Positions 27,082-41,544 of a stretch of DNA of 64,000 nt are shown here, piece after piece (the first letter of the stretch is position 1; every line of letters starts with the position of its first letter). Source of the stretch: Octopus sinensis (taxonomy: Eukaryota); NCBI RefSeq assembly GCF_006345805.1, contig NC_043017.1, forward strand, positions 3,968,001 to 4,032,000, in the 5' to 3' direction. Made by a program: the position numbers and the translations under genes. The notes under the pieces are model-generated. The model had not been told where the DNA came from, did not search any database, and saw only the letters and a list, made by a program, of their open reading frames with translations.

Positions 27082-27249
27082 TGTGTGTGGTGTGGTGGTG
27101 GTGTGTGTGTGTGTGTGTGTTGTACTGGATGCGGATGGTATTTGAGGACACGTTTATGGGTTTCAAGAAAAATCTTACATAATAACATAAAAAACTATTT
27201 AACAAAATAACATAAAGATAAAGCTAAATTGTCAATTTAACAATATCAC

Positions 27250-28300
27250 ACAATAGCACCCCCTTAAGCATCGATAACTGCCTCTAGGCGGGATCGAAAT
27301 CGTTTAGAAGCTCGTATTAAGTGGTCCTTGTTCCTATCGGACATGACTCGATCTATGGCGTCTTTCAAAGAATCTTTGGCACTATGGGAGTTTTCCTTGA
27401 CATTTTTCTCAACGATCCTCTAAACACTGTAGTCCAATGGATTGAGATCTGGAGAATTAGGAGGCCAAATGTTGGGGGTGATGTGATCATGCAAATTGTC
27501 GGCCATCCATTCTAGTGCAAATTAAGCCTTGTATGATGGTACAGAATCTTGTTGGAAGACTTACGGCCTTCCAGTGCATACACTGTTGATCCAAGGATTA
27601 ACAACTTCATTCAGAGCCTCAGTATACGCAGCAGCATTCACCCTAAGGCCTTCTAGAAAAAAGTAAGGAGGAGTTACATGTCCTTCATTTCTAACAAATC
27701 CCAAAACTATGACACTTGCAGGAAATTTTGTGTGCATTACACTTGCAGTCTCAGAAGAGCCTACACATAGTCATCTGACAGTTCTTCTAGTAGTTTTCTG
27801 GTCCTGGTCAAAGTTTTTCTCATCTCAGAAAGTTTGTTCAAAAAACTTTTGTGTCTGATTAAACGGTTTACTTTCGTTTTGTTTTGGGGTTGTTTTTTTC
27901 TGCCATAAATTTACTTCACCTCATCACGTAAAATTTGTACCTGATGTCTTCATGGACAACATTTCCGATTGCTTTTTTCTGACACACGAAATCTTCTTTG
28001 CAATCGACCTCATTGATTTTCCAGGATTGTCTTCAATATTTTTCTTAACTTCTTCAATAAATTCAAGTGTCCTGCTAGAATCAGATCGTTTGAAACGTTT
28101 TTACGTTTTGATGCAGGTAATACGCTTCCGTCATTTTTCTCTAATTCATACCGAATCTTGTGGACAAAAGATCTTGCAACATTCAGAGAACGAGAAATTT
28201 TTAAATCCCCATGTTTAGCCTTCGAAGCCCCAACCACAGCATGCTCTTTTCATTTCATTAGTAAGAATAGGGCCTGCCATTGCTGTTTTCCGAAACAGAA
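27250..28300 (-). mobile_element. Degraded Tc1/mariner (maT-like) transposase
   Basis: ISRSLNVARSFVHKIR (HTH) and WPDNLHDHITPNIWPPNSPDLNPLDY; many stops; ends approximate. Confidence 0.78.
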
Positions 28301-28409
28301 GTTCAGTAAAACAAATAGTCAAATAAAATAATAACTAAGAATGCATGTGTCCTCAAATACCGTCCTCACCTTGAATATATATATGCATATATGTATAAAT
28401 GTATATATG

Positions 28410-28446
<37 letters not shown>

Positions 28447-28737
28447 TCAAATATATACACACGTGCATACACACATACACCCTCTCTCTCTCACACACAC
28501 ACACACACACATATATGTATTATCTTTCTCTTTAATATTTACGTTTTTGTGCTCCATGTAAAAATATGTATTAAGTGCAATCTCTGCCTCGATATGTATA
28601 TATAATATGTACTGTCTTTACATGTGTATATAAGAGTGAATGCATATATGTATGTAGGTAGGTATGTATGCATGTATATATCTCTCTCTCTTTCTCTCTC
28701 TATCTCTCTCTTTCTCTCTCTATATATATATACATAC

Positions 28738-30408
<1,671 letters not shown>

Positions 30409-30419
30409 TATATATATAT

Positions 30420-30480
<61 letters not shown>

Positions 30481-30481
<1 letters not shown>

Positions 30482-30717
30482 ATTAATAGTTATCGCCAAG
30501 CTAACATGGCAGTCCAGAAAAATAGGACGAATGCTGTCGTTGATTAGCTCCAAGAAGCCATCGCACATAAACCTGTGTCCAGTATAACCTTCGAAAAGGG
30601 GTGCACCCTTGTGTGTCACATAGCTAGCTAGAGGCGGTGACCTCTTGGAGCTAATCAACGGCAGTATTCGTCCTATATTTATGGACTGCCATGTTAGCTT
30701 GGCGATAACTATTAATA
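30481..30717. mobile_element. MITE-like element with ~75-bp TIRs
   Basis: tattaatagttatcgccaagctaacatggcagtcc...gattagctccaaga mirrored at the right end. Confidence 0.8.
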
Positions 30718-30762
30718 TCCAGTACCGCTGCCGTAGTCTCCTTTAGAGAGAATTAGAAATAA

Positions 30763-30793
<31 letters not shown>

Positions 30794-30795
<2 letters not shown>

Positions 30796-31546
30796 AATGG
30801 TCATATTGCCAGTTTAGCCAATAAAAACACACGCACTATATATTTGGTGTTATTTTGCTTCAGTGATATTTATCTTTTACATTAATCTTAATCTTATTTC
30901 GGCCAGAGTTCTTTCGTCACACTCCTGTGACCGCATCAGTGATCTTTTGTTTTCTTCTTTCGTATTTGTGTCTCTCCTTACTAACCGTCAGCCATTTTGT
31001 ATTTCTATTGTATGTCTTCATTTGCGCATGCTTATATCTCTCTGTGCGTCTATGTTTATTTAGTGTGTGTGGGGGAGAATGCCTGTAATATTTGTATCTT
31101 CTGTTATATTGTTGTTATACATACATACAAGCATATGTAATGATAATAATGGGTGGATGTAAACACATGAACAAAATTAGAACAAAAGCAACAACAACAA
31201 AAACAGAATACAAATTACATGAATGTATATAAACAGAAGATACAAATATTACAGGCATTCCCCCCACACACACACACTAAATAAACATAGACGCACAGAG
31301 AGATATAAGCATGCGCAAATGAAGACATACAATAGAAATACAAAATGGCTGACGGTTAGTAAGGAGAGACACAAATACGAAAGAAGAAAACAAAAGACCA
31401 CTGATGCGGTCACAGGAGTGTGACGAAAGAACTCTGGCCGAAATAAGATTAAGATTAATGTAAAAAATAAATATCACTGAAGCAAAATAACACCAAATAT
31501 ATAGTGCGTGTGTTTTTATTGGCTAAACTGGCAATATGACCATTCC
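30794..31546. mobile_element. Fold-back element, ~312-bp near-perfect inverted arms, ~126-bp spacer
   Basis: 30794-31105 is the reverse complement of 31232-31546; mirror ORFs 30863-31063(+) and 31277-31477(-) differ by one residue. Confidence 0.92.
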
Positions 31547-31614
31547 GAAATATAACAATATATGTTTCAACACACGACTTCACATAAAAAATCTTGCACA
31601 ACAAATATTTAAAC

Positions 31615-31665
<51 letters not shown>

Positions 31666-31713
31666 TGCATTTTTATGAAGCAAGTGATGGAAAAAAAAAC
31701 AAATGCAACTCAC

Positions 31714-31799
31714 TTGCTCCAGTTAGTGCGCTCGCGAGTGCCGACTCAGCCTGTGTTTGAAATCCACCAACAGCAGTTACAACTGATTTCATATCTGTC
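31714..31799 (-). CDS. IF-B exon 7 (proximal tail)
   Basis: ttttacAG / GTGAGT; 86 nt, phase 2->1; TDMKSVVTAVGGFQTQAESALASALTGA. Confidence 0.82.
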
Positions 31800-32928
31800 C
31801 TGTAAAATTAAAATATGTTTCATGTAATTACAATAAACGATATAGGTTAATATGTAAATATAATTAAAGATGTTCTCCGAAAGAAAGATTGTTTAATATT
31901 CGTTATTGTTGGAAATGGTGTTGCTGTTGAGCGAACGGTCTTCGTCCCAGAGCTCGCAAGATGGGAGAAGTCCGAAACGTGGTCCTTTGCTATTCGTAAG
32001 ACCCGCAGAAGAGAAAGCAGGTCAACCCCCGACACCGAGAGCATCGATGGATGGATGAATGCGCATCCAGGCTCAGCGGTTGTGTAGGAAGTCGGGGACA
32101 AGAAACAGGAAGAAAGAGTGAGAGAAAGTTGGAGCGAAAGAGTACAACAGGGGTCGCCACCACCCCCTGCCGCAGCCTCGTGGAGTTTTAGTTGTTTTCG
32201 CTCAATAAACACACACAACGCTCGGTCTGGGAATCGAAACCTCGATCCTCCGACCGCGAGTCCGCTGTCCTAACCACTGGGCCATTGCGCCTCCACTGGA
32301 AATGGTGTTCAACGTCAGTTCAGCCTAAACAGCTGACGAGGCTGATCTCGGCATTTTGTGGGTCGGCTTGCATCGTTGAATTGGCGTTTGTTATATCGTA
32401 GTGTAGCGGCTGAAAGGATTTAAGTTTTGTTATTTTAGTAACAAAAATAGCAGAAGATGTTTTCACTCCCCCCCCCCACTCACCGGTCGCTTCTGGTATG
32501 CGAAACTGAAAATAGCAGTGTTTAATAAAAGTAAACAAATTCAGTCAAGATCTTTTTTTTTTTTTGTTTGGTAATGCGCATTATTGTTGTTGTCGTTGTT
32601 GTGTGTGTGTGTATAATTACGTATTAATGTACATATTTCCTGTGACCGCAGTCGTTGTTAGTGGTATTGTAGTATGATCGGTAGTGTTGTTGAATAATAT
32701 ACTGCGCCCTTTGTTGATGATTTTTAAAGTTGTACCTCATGGATCTTTTGAAGTGTATGAGTGTGATTTCGATTTGTTCAGAAGGTGTAAATCTTTTGTG
32801 GTGGAAATGAAGAGATGGGCGGGGAAAGTGTGGCTGTTGTTTGCTGTGCAGTTATAACAACTGGTGTGTGAAGCAGAAAATAAAGTTTGTAGATATTTTG
32901 TATAGTTTTATATATTTTGGCCCCCACA

Positions 32929-33269
32929 TGGGGGCATGAAGGCCTGCAACATCAATATTAGCAGTTGGGAAGCAATTGCCAGCAACCGTGGAGATTGGCG
33001 ACGTACCGTAAAAGAGGGAACACAAAGGAGTAACAGAGAGAGAGAGGAGAAATGGAAAGACAAGAAAAGACGTCAACAAGAAACTATGGCATTACAACCA
33101 GCCAGGAACAGTCTTCGCTACATTTGCGGTACCTGCCAGAGGGAGTGTTTGTCCAGGATAGGACTACACAGTCACAGCAGGAAATGTATCAGGACATGAA
33201 ATGCAAAAGCCGGACTAGACTATTTTATGCGCAACTCCATTGTCTCCCGAGACAAAAAGGATGCCAACA
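32929..33269 (+). mobile_element. 5'-truncated RTE LINE with 19-bp TSD
   Basis: TSD atatattttggcccccaca (32910-32928, 33270-33288); C-terminal CGTCQRECLSRIGLHSHSRKC zinc finger. Confidence 0.92.
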
Positions 33270-33673
33270 ATATATTTTGGCCCCCACACCATTCCCATGC
33301 AAATGTATTTCCACCATCCAGTTTTGCATTTAGGAATACACAATCTATTGTTTCGTGAGGTGTACACAGGACGGCGAGAATCCAAACAATATCGTAGGTA
33401 TTTATTTTTCATACGTTCTGGCAGAATCGAACGGGAACAGCTTATCCCTACAGATTGTGTCATCGGAAAATACCTCCAGCAACCAAATTATTTACTGATG
33501 AGTGATGATGCCTGCCTAGCAGACATCATTCGTGTGGTGCAAGCAGAATAACGAGATTCCAAACGATAGGGTAATTCAATCTTTAATATGAATTAATTAA
33601 TCATTGTCGCTTTTCGCCATCTCAGAATATTTCCTCCCTTCGGAATCTCAGTGGTCTGCGAGCACCTAACGAA

Positions 33674-34055
33674 TGGAGGCGCAATGGCCCAGTGGTTAGG
33701 GCAGCGGACTCACGGTCATAGGATCGCGGTTTCGATTCCCAGACCGGGCGTTGTGAGTGTTTATTGAGCGAAAACACCTAAAGCTCAACGAGGCTCCGAC
33801 AGGGGATGGTGGTGATCCCTGCTGTACTCTTTCACCACAACTTTCTCTCACTCTTACTTCCTGTTTCTGTTGTACCTGTATTTCAAGGGGCCGGCCTTGT
33901 CACTCTCTGTGTCACGCTGACTATCCCCGAGAACTACGTTAAGGGTACACGTGTCTGTGGAGTGCTCAGCCACTTACACGTTAATTTCACGAGCAGGCTG
34001 TTCCGTTGATTCGGATCAACCGGACCCTCGTCGTCGTAACCGACGGAGTGCTTCC
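33674..34055 (+). mobile_element. SINE2 full length (partial inverted copy at ~32070-32298)
   Basis: tggaggcgcaatggcccagtggttagggcagcggac...cgacggagtgcttcc. Confidence 0.85.
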
Positions 34056-34346
34056 TTAATGGGCAACTAAACTAAATATTTGTTCCACCTTTTTGCTGTC
34101 AAATTAAAGGAAATATCACACGACTACTGTCGATTCTTCAGTCTACTTTTACATGTCTTGCTTTCATCATCTCCCCCTCTACGTCCTCCTCCCTTTCTTT
34201 TCCTGGTCTCTCCACACCTCTCTAATCTTTTCTCTCATTCTTTCCCTCGTCTGTGTTCAGATCTAAAGGATAAATTCTGCCCGCGTTTGTTGCGCCTATT
34301 GTCCCATAAGTGCTCTCTGCGACTCCATCAGAAGGTGAGAATCCAC

Positions 34347-34615
34347 CAGGGTAGGAGAGTGTGCGCCCTCTGGTATTGCGAGTAGATGGCTTCCAGAGGA
34401 GAAGAGTAGAAAAGAAGTAATTTCTACTCTTCTCCTCTGGAAGCCATCTACTCGCAATACCAGAGGGCGCACACTCTCCTACCCTGATGTAATCTCCAGG
34501 GATACAGGCATCCAGCAACAGGACCTCCGTAATGCTATGATGGACCGTGAAGTCTGGCGTAACATAGTAAATTCCATTGTCTCGACCACGGTCGAACAAT
34601 GATGATGATGATGAT
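34347..34615 (+). mobile_element. RTE-type LINE 3' fragment with 5' fold-back duplication and 10-bp TSD
   Basis: TSD gagaatccac (34337-34346, 34616-34625); 66-bp perfect inverted arms 34347-34412 / 34421-34486; (GAT)n tail. Confidence 0.9.
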
Positions 34616-34683
34616 GAGAATCCACAGAAGGATGGAAAGATTTTTAGAATGTTATTATCTAAAGTCAAATATTTATCATTTAC

Positions 34684-34904
34684 CTGCCCTCTTCGCCTTC
34701 AAGGAGTTTGCGATATGCTGCAATCTCCAATTCCAGGGACAGTTTAGCATCCATCAGGTCTTGCAATTCCTTCAACATTATCTCCAACTCCATACGCAAA
34801 CTATTAATTTCGGTCCGGTAATTCTCGCCTTCCGTTGCACGTTTGTTTTCACTCTCCTGTAACTCAGACTCTAGAAACTCAATTCTTCTTTTCAAATTTG
34901 CTAC
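34684..34904 (-). CDS. IF-B exon 6 (coil 2 end, canonical motif)
   Basis: ctttacAG / GTAAAT; 221 nt, same as the IF-C exon; ...ELQDLMDAKLSLELEIAAYRKLLEGEEG. Confidence 0.95.
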
Positions 34905-35093
34905 CTGTAAAGACAAGTCAAAGAGTACAATTATCAACTACGAAAAAAACTATCAAAACATAATTCTATGGATATCAGGTGATTATATAAATATATCCAC
35001 TGCTCACACCTCCTTTTTATAATATACACATACATACACACACACTCACTCACGCACACCCACACAAACGCACACACACATCTATATAACAAT

Positions 35094-35325
35094 AGGCGGC
35101 GAGCTGGCAGAACCGTTAGCACGCCGGGTGAATTGCGTAGCCGTATTTCATCTGTCGTTACGTTCCGAGTTCAAATTCCGCCGAGGTAGACTTTGCCATT
35201 CATCCTTTCGGGGTCGATAAATTAAGTGCCAGTTACGCACTGGGATCGATGTAATCGACTTAATCCGTTTTTCTGTCCTTGTTTGTCCCCTCTGTGTTTA
35301 TCTCCTTGTGGGTAGTAAAGAAATA
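35094..35325 (+). mobile_element. SINE1 monomer
   Basis: ggcggcgagctggcagaa...gtgggtagtaaagaaata. Confidence 0.8.
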
Positions 35326-35457
35326 TATATATAACATACATGTATATACTGTGTAATATATGCCAATAAACAGATATATTGATTGATTGATTGATTGATT
35401 CGTTCATTCATTCATTCATTCATTATTTGGTTGATTGATTTATGTGATTTTCCTTAC

Positions 35458-35574
35458 CTCAGTTTCATATTCGCCCATTTTAGCCGACATACCGCTCCGT
35501 TCCGTACGTAAATCTTTTTTCTTACTCGCGTCTACAACATCTGTTGGCTTCATACATGCCTTTATCATATTTAT
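35458..35574 (-). CDS. IF-B exon 5 (coil 2)
   Basis: tctccacAG / GTAAGG; 117 nt; INMIKACMKPTDVVDASKKKDLRTERSGMSAKMGEYETE. Confidence 0.8.
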
Positions 35575-36496
35575 CTGTGGAGATAATAAAACTATATATG
35601 TGTGTGTGTGTTTTATTTATTTTTCACATTCTTGTAGCTGAAATGACATTACATGGATAAGTTACAAATAGTTGGATGGTCAAAGAATACCTGGATAACG
35701 AAAAAAATAAGCATGAAGTGTAAACATTATGGGAATGGTTCCTCTCCTCGTTCCCTTTACCCTCCTTGGGGTAGAAAGGGATCCTTAGCCGTAGTGAAGG
35801 CAATCTATCTAGGGAGATAACCTTACAATAAATCACTCGGTCCGTAGCTTAGAAATACTGGGTTGACGTCCAGCGGGAACAGCTTTGTTTCATGGAGGAG
35901 GAAAGATCATCTTTAGTACTTGGTTGTACAATGCTTTCCAATGTGTGTAGTAGCGGCGCGCGCACACATTATTAGCCATTTGAAAAGACTATGAAAGTCT
36001 CGACCACGGTCGAACAATGATGATGATGATGATTACCCTCCTCTCCAAATAATCTGAAAGAAGATGAGGGTTTGTCTGAAAACAATAACGTCTGTCCTTA
36101 GTCCTTCAATTTTGTCTGTTATACATGCAATCAGTTTTCTCATAGCGACCAGTCAGAGTAAAACTGTTTGTCCATCCCAGCCGAGAGGAAGACTATGATG
36201 TGATCTACACTACGGACTCCACTGATAACCAACTCTCTTTCACACCTAATTTCAGTTATGCAACATGACTCTGCTGTCTTCAGCTTAGCAATGCCTACGC
36301 ACTGAACACCTGTGATGCAAGACTCTTTCATCGTTCTTCAAGCCTGTTGGATATGCCTTGATGATGTTATAGCACGTCAGTGGAACGTCTCCAGAGGCTT
36401 GCAATCATCGAACGGGAATTTTGGAAATGTCTTCATAATAAAAGAGAGGAAAAATTCGTTCAGCGTAACCTGTTCAGCTGATCTTAAAAATAACCC

Positions 36497-36525
<29 letters not shown>

Positions 36526-36528
<3 letters not shown>

Positions 36529-37107
36529 CCACCTCCAGTGCTTGAAAATGACCACATCTCACTTCTCTGGAACTTCACCATTCAAACTGACAGAAAGATA
36601 GATGCAAATAGGCCAGACATCATATTGAAAGACTTCAGACAAAGAACATGCCTCCTCATTGATATGACTGTCCCAATCGATATAAACGTATCTGTCAAGA
36701 CCTACCAAAAACTGAGCAAATATAAAGATCTTGAAATAGAAATCAGATATATGTGGAACCTGAAGACTAAAACAATACCTGTTGTTATAGGTGCCCTGGG
36801 AATAATAGCGAAAGGGGCTGATTGCTACCTAACTCAGATACCAGGAAACCCCAAAATGGCAGAAATTCAAAAGATAGTGCTCATGGGAACTGCTCATATT
36901 CTACGCAAAATACTCTCTATGTAATCCCAAGGTTTAAAACAAACTTTTTTTTTAATTTATTTATTAGACATTCACAACACCAAAAAAAAACCCAAATATA
37001 TGGCACACTAGACAACAACAACGGGAACTTCCAACCTGTTGTCTCTTGAGCTCTCTGGGTGAGACTTGGAGCCAACTTGTACAGACATAAAGCAAAAGTC
37101 AAACATA

Positions 37108-37154
<47 letters not shown>

Positions 37155-37515
37155 TAATAATAATAATGTGGAATCTCAAGGCGGTTACAATACCAGTGAT
37201 CGTAGGAGCACTAGGAATGATCAAGAAGGGAACCGAAAATTATATGAGAATGATCCCTGGCTTACCATCCCTGCAAGAAGTGCAAAAGATTGTCTTAACT
37301 GGTACATCACATGTATTGAGAAGAGCATTGTCGATGTGAGAACTATTACTACCCATGTATTTTAATTTAACTTTATTTCTATAAAAAAAATGAATGAACT
37401 AGTGAGTTTAGTTTAATGGCCTACCAATGTATACTATGAGTTTCTTTGCCCTAGGAGTCGGGAAGACACTCGGCAAGAAATGGAAGCAAATTTGAAGGAA
37501 GAAGAAAAACACATA

Positions 37516-37552
<37 letters not shown>

Positions 37553-37860
37553 GCAACAACTGTGTGAAGTGTAGAATAGACAACACTACCGGCACCAACA
37601 AATGCAGAATGTGTGGTGAGAGGGGTGAAGCGTTATGTCAGATAGTTTGCAAATGCCCGAAATTGGCACAACACGAATACAAAAGACATCGTGACAATTT
37701 GGCAAGTATGATCCATTGGAAGCTCTGTGGAAATCACGGCCTACAAAGAGGTGGTATGAGAAAACTCCAGACATCGGAAACCGGACATTGTTGTGGTGAA
37801 TAAAAAAAAAAAGAACATGTGTGATAATCGACGTAGCTTGGCCCCGGGGACAACAGGATC
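36526..37860 (+). mobile_element. Three stacked R4/Dong-like fragments separated by (TAA)n
   Basis: 36538-36924 NRPDII...LIDMTVP...KYKDL...VIGALG...GTAHILRK; ~37166-37355 MWNLKAVTIPVIVGALG...GTSHVLRR; ~37555-37860 CRMCGE...VCKC...HWKLC. Confidence 0.88.
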
Positions 37861-37955
37861 AATGTGAAAGGAAAAGAAAAAGAAATAAACAATTATGACA
37901 CTTTTAAATCATATAAATATATTTGTTACGCTTTAGCTTTCAAAAACCTCTTTAC

Positions 37956-38120
37956 CTCGTCTGCATGTCGACGTTGCAAATCAGCAATGGCTGTTTGCAA
38001 CCTAGCCTCATATTCGGCACTTAAAGCAGCAACTTTATTTCCAGCATCGGATGCATTTTCTTGCTGAAGATTGCACTGCTTCCTTAGTTTTGCTATCAGT
38101 GCTTCATATTCTTTGATCTC
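37956..38120 (-). CDS. IF-B exon 4 (linker 12 / coil 2 start)
   Basis: tatttgtAG / GTAAAG; 165 nt; EIKEYEALIAKL...EYEARLQTAIADLQRRHADE. Confidence 0.85.
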
Positions 38121-38611
38121 CTACAAATAGTAATTAAAGCAACACAATAAGTAAGATGCAGGTTAGGAAATAAATATTAGTTTTTATTGAGCCCGTTTCA
38201 TATATTTAGAACATTATGCTGATGAGAACGAAAAATAATTGGTGACAGTATATTGCTGTTTTATATCCTTTTATTGGATATATAATATTACGAAGCAAGG
38301 TGGAAGAAAGTATGTACACGAAGCACTATTACTACTACAACTACTACAGGAGGCTCAACGGCCTATATCAACGGCTCACAGGAAACTCCTTACCAACCTG
38401 AACTGCCAATCGCTCACGGTTCTTTGTTTTATAACAATGAGTCAGTCCACCTTTTAGTCATTTGAGGGGTGGTCGAACTCGTTTCCCGTCTCACTTTTTT
38501 AGAAGTCTCTCCTTTTGAGAATTGAACTCCGCTTAGGAGTGTTTCCGTTATTTTCCGTTTTCTGTTGCCAGAACGTAGTTTCAAATTGTTTGGGTGTTGG
38601 TACCTCAAAGT

Positions 38612-38952
38612 GAAGGCGCATGGCTCAGTGGTTAGAGCGTCGAGCTTACGATCGTGAGGTTGTGAGCTCGAATCCCGGACCGGGCTGCGTGTTGTGTTCT
38701 TGAGCAAGGCGCTTTATTTCACGTTGCTCCAGTTCACTCAGCTGGAGAAATGAGTTGCGACGTCACAGGTGCCAAGCTGTATCGGCCCCTTTGTCTTTCC
38801 CTTGGATAACACTGGTGGCGTGGAGAGGGGAGACCGGTGTGCATGGGCGACTGCTGGTCTTCCATAAACAACCTTGCCCGGACTTGTGTCTAGGAGGGTA
38901 ACTTTCTAGGTGCAATCCCATGGTCATTCATGACCGAAGGGGGTCTTTACCC
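38612..38952 (+). mobile_element. SINE4 with 11-bp TSD
   Basis: TSD ggtacctcaaa at 38599-38609 and 38953-38963. Confidence 0.88.
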
Positions 38953-39549
38953 GGTACCTCAAATGCTTCTACCGAGCAAAAATCTGTGAAATTTTTTCGC
39001 AACAAAAATAATCTTCTGCTAATATCAGGGAACGTGAGGCATGAACCACCACCTTCATGTTTCCATCTTTATATTTATGTAGCATTACTGCTCCTATACC
39101 GTTGTCAGAAACGTCAAAAGCTACAAAATCTCCGCTGCGGGATCGAAGTGTGCTAACGACAAATCAGATATTTTTTTTTTTATTCCGTCAAACGCCTTCT
39201 GACAATTTTCCGACCGAATTCCATTTCACATCTTTTTTCGACAGATTATTCAATGGAACCCTTAACTTATTAATATTTGGAATATGATTTTGATAATAAT
39301 TTTTCAATCCTAAAAATGCTTGTTTCTGTATCACGGTTCGATCCACAGTCACTGTGGTTGATAGATAAATGTAATCGATCACTTGAGAAGCAGTGATTTT
39401 TTAAATTATGATTGTGTAAGTGAAGCAATCTAATTCAAGAAAGCCTAAAATCGCCGTGTAGGATTTAAAAAAAGAAATAACTAAAAACTTCATGGCAATT
39501 ATCCTGCAAGAGAATAACAAGAAAAGGAGACAAATAAAGGCAACATTAC

Positions 39550-39645
39550 AGCTTTATGGAGATCCAAATTGAAATCAAGTTCGTCTTCCAGTGCATCGTT
39601 ACGCTTATCGGACTCCAATCTTTGAATAGTTTCGGTTTCTAATTC
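39550..39645 (-). CDS. IF-B exon 3 (coil 1B end)
   Basis: gtctttccAG / GTAATG; 96 nt; ELETETIQRLESDKRNDALEDELDFNLDLHKA matches the IF consensus L-x-E-E-L-x-F region. Confidence 0.88.
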
Positions 39646-39937
39646 CTGGAAAGACAAACAACACAAATATTTTCGTCATTATTTTTTTATTGCATAAGCA
39701 TCAATAATCCGTCTCAGATAATGTACAGAAATAAGAGAACTGAAGTTGGAATCATAAAGAAAATTGCGGGATATTTGCAGGATGATTACCCTTAATATGA
39801 TAGATGGCAATGTGTTATTCATTACAGTTGTATTAACTTTGTCCAGTTTATTTTGTCAGAGAGGTTTTTACAGATAGAAAGAACCATCTGCGAAAAACCA
39901 AATTTAAAATGGGATTCTTGTGTGACGTATAAACATA

Positions 39938-40450
39938 TCTATATATATAAAACTGTAGTTGTGTGGGTGTCCGTCCCCTTCGATTTAGATTCCTAACTAC
40001 TCCCACATTTTGCGGTGCAGTTTAACCAAATTCGGGTATCTTATAGTCGTGATTCATATCGAGCCCGTCTGAGTATTAGCGCGCGTTTACGATGAGTCTA
40101 CGATTTTAAAAATAATTTAACATAATTTTTTATTACATTTTAATGCATAATTTTTCGTGTGTCGATGGCGGCGGAGTTGGCGTCCATGCTCACACCTGCA
40201 CCTGTTTGCTTCTCCCCCTTCTTCCCTCCCTCGTGAAGCTGTGGGGAAGGGAGTGTAAGGAAATCAACGCCGTAAAGCGTTGTCAAGGAGACCAGCGTTC
40301 TTTTAGAACAACGACTTCGTGGCTTGAAGACGCCAAAACAGAAATGGCTAAGAAAGCCCAAATTGGCATCTATAAGGGAAGTAACTCTCCAAAAATGCTT
40401 ATATAGTTATTTCCCTTACAAACCCGAGCAACGCCTGGCAATACTGCTAG
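39938..40450 (+). mobile_element. Non-autonomous Helitron, different interior from 16458-16844
   Basis: A|TCTATATATATAAA start; cccgagcaacgcctgg...CTAG|T end. Confidence 0.72.
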
Positions 40451-40994
40451 TTCGTTATATAATTTACAACGTTTCTGCTTGTACAGAAGACGATCAATTT
40501 ATATGATGTGGTTCGTCTCATTTCAGCCTTCAGAGAGCCAACAGAATCAAAAGAACTTTCATTGTGATCGCCATGTTTTGTATTCAAACAGTGTAACAAT
40601 TTGCTCCCACGTCTGAAGTTGATAATGTATGAGACCTTATTCTGCTATTTGTAAAAAATATTTAATTTCCCACTGATATTTTGCATTCCTGTCTATTATA
40701 TTTATATCTTATGTCCTATCTATTCTTTACATTTTATTGATGTTGTTACTCTCTAATGACTGACTAGGTTCGATATTTCCACATCTCAAAACTTCCTTAC
40801 TTTCACTTCTGATTGCTTTTATCTTAGATATCATTTTATATTATTATTATTATTAGATATGATTTATTAAAATTACTTTTAAAATTCTGATCGGTGCTGT
40901 ATTCTAATAGAAGCATTTACTTGTTAGCATTGTAGACCGGCAATGTGTTTATATCTATATGCTTCTACATGAACTCATATATATATATATATCT

Positions 40995-41489
<495 letters not shown>

Positions 41490-41499
41490 TATATTTATA

Positions 41500-41544
<45 letters not shown>

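Noticed and set aside
33674-33760. tRNA-like sequences (also at 6465, 20872, 38612, 44505)
   Set aside because: They are SINE heads with A/B boxes followed by SINE bodies and TSDs, not complete tRNA cloverleaves
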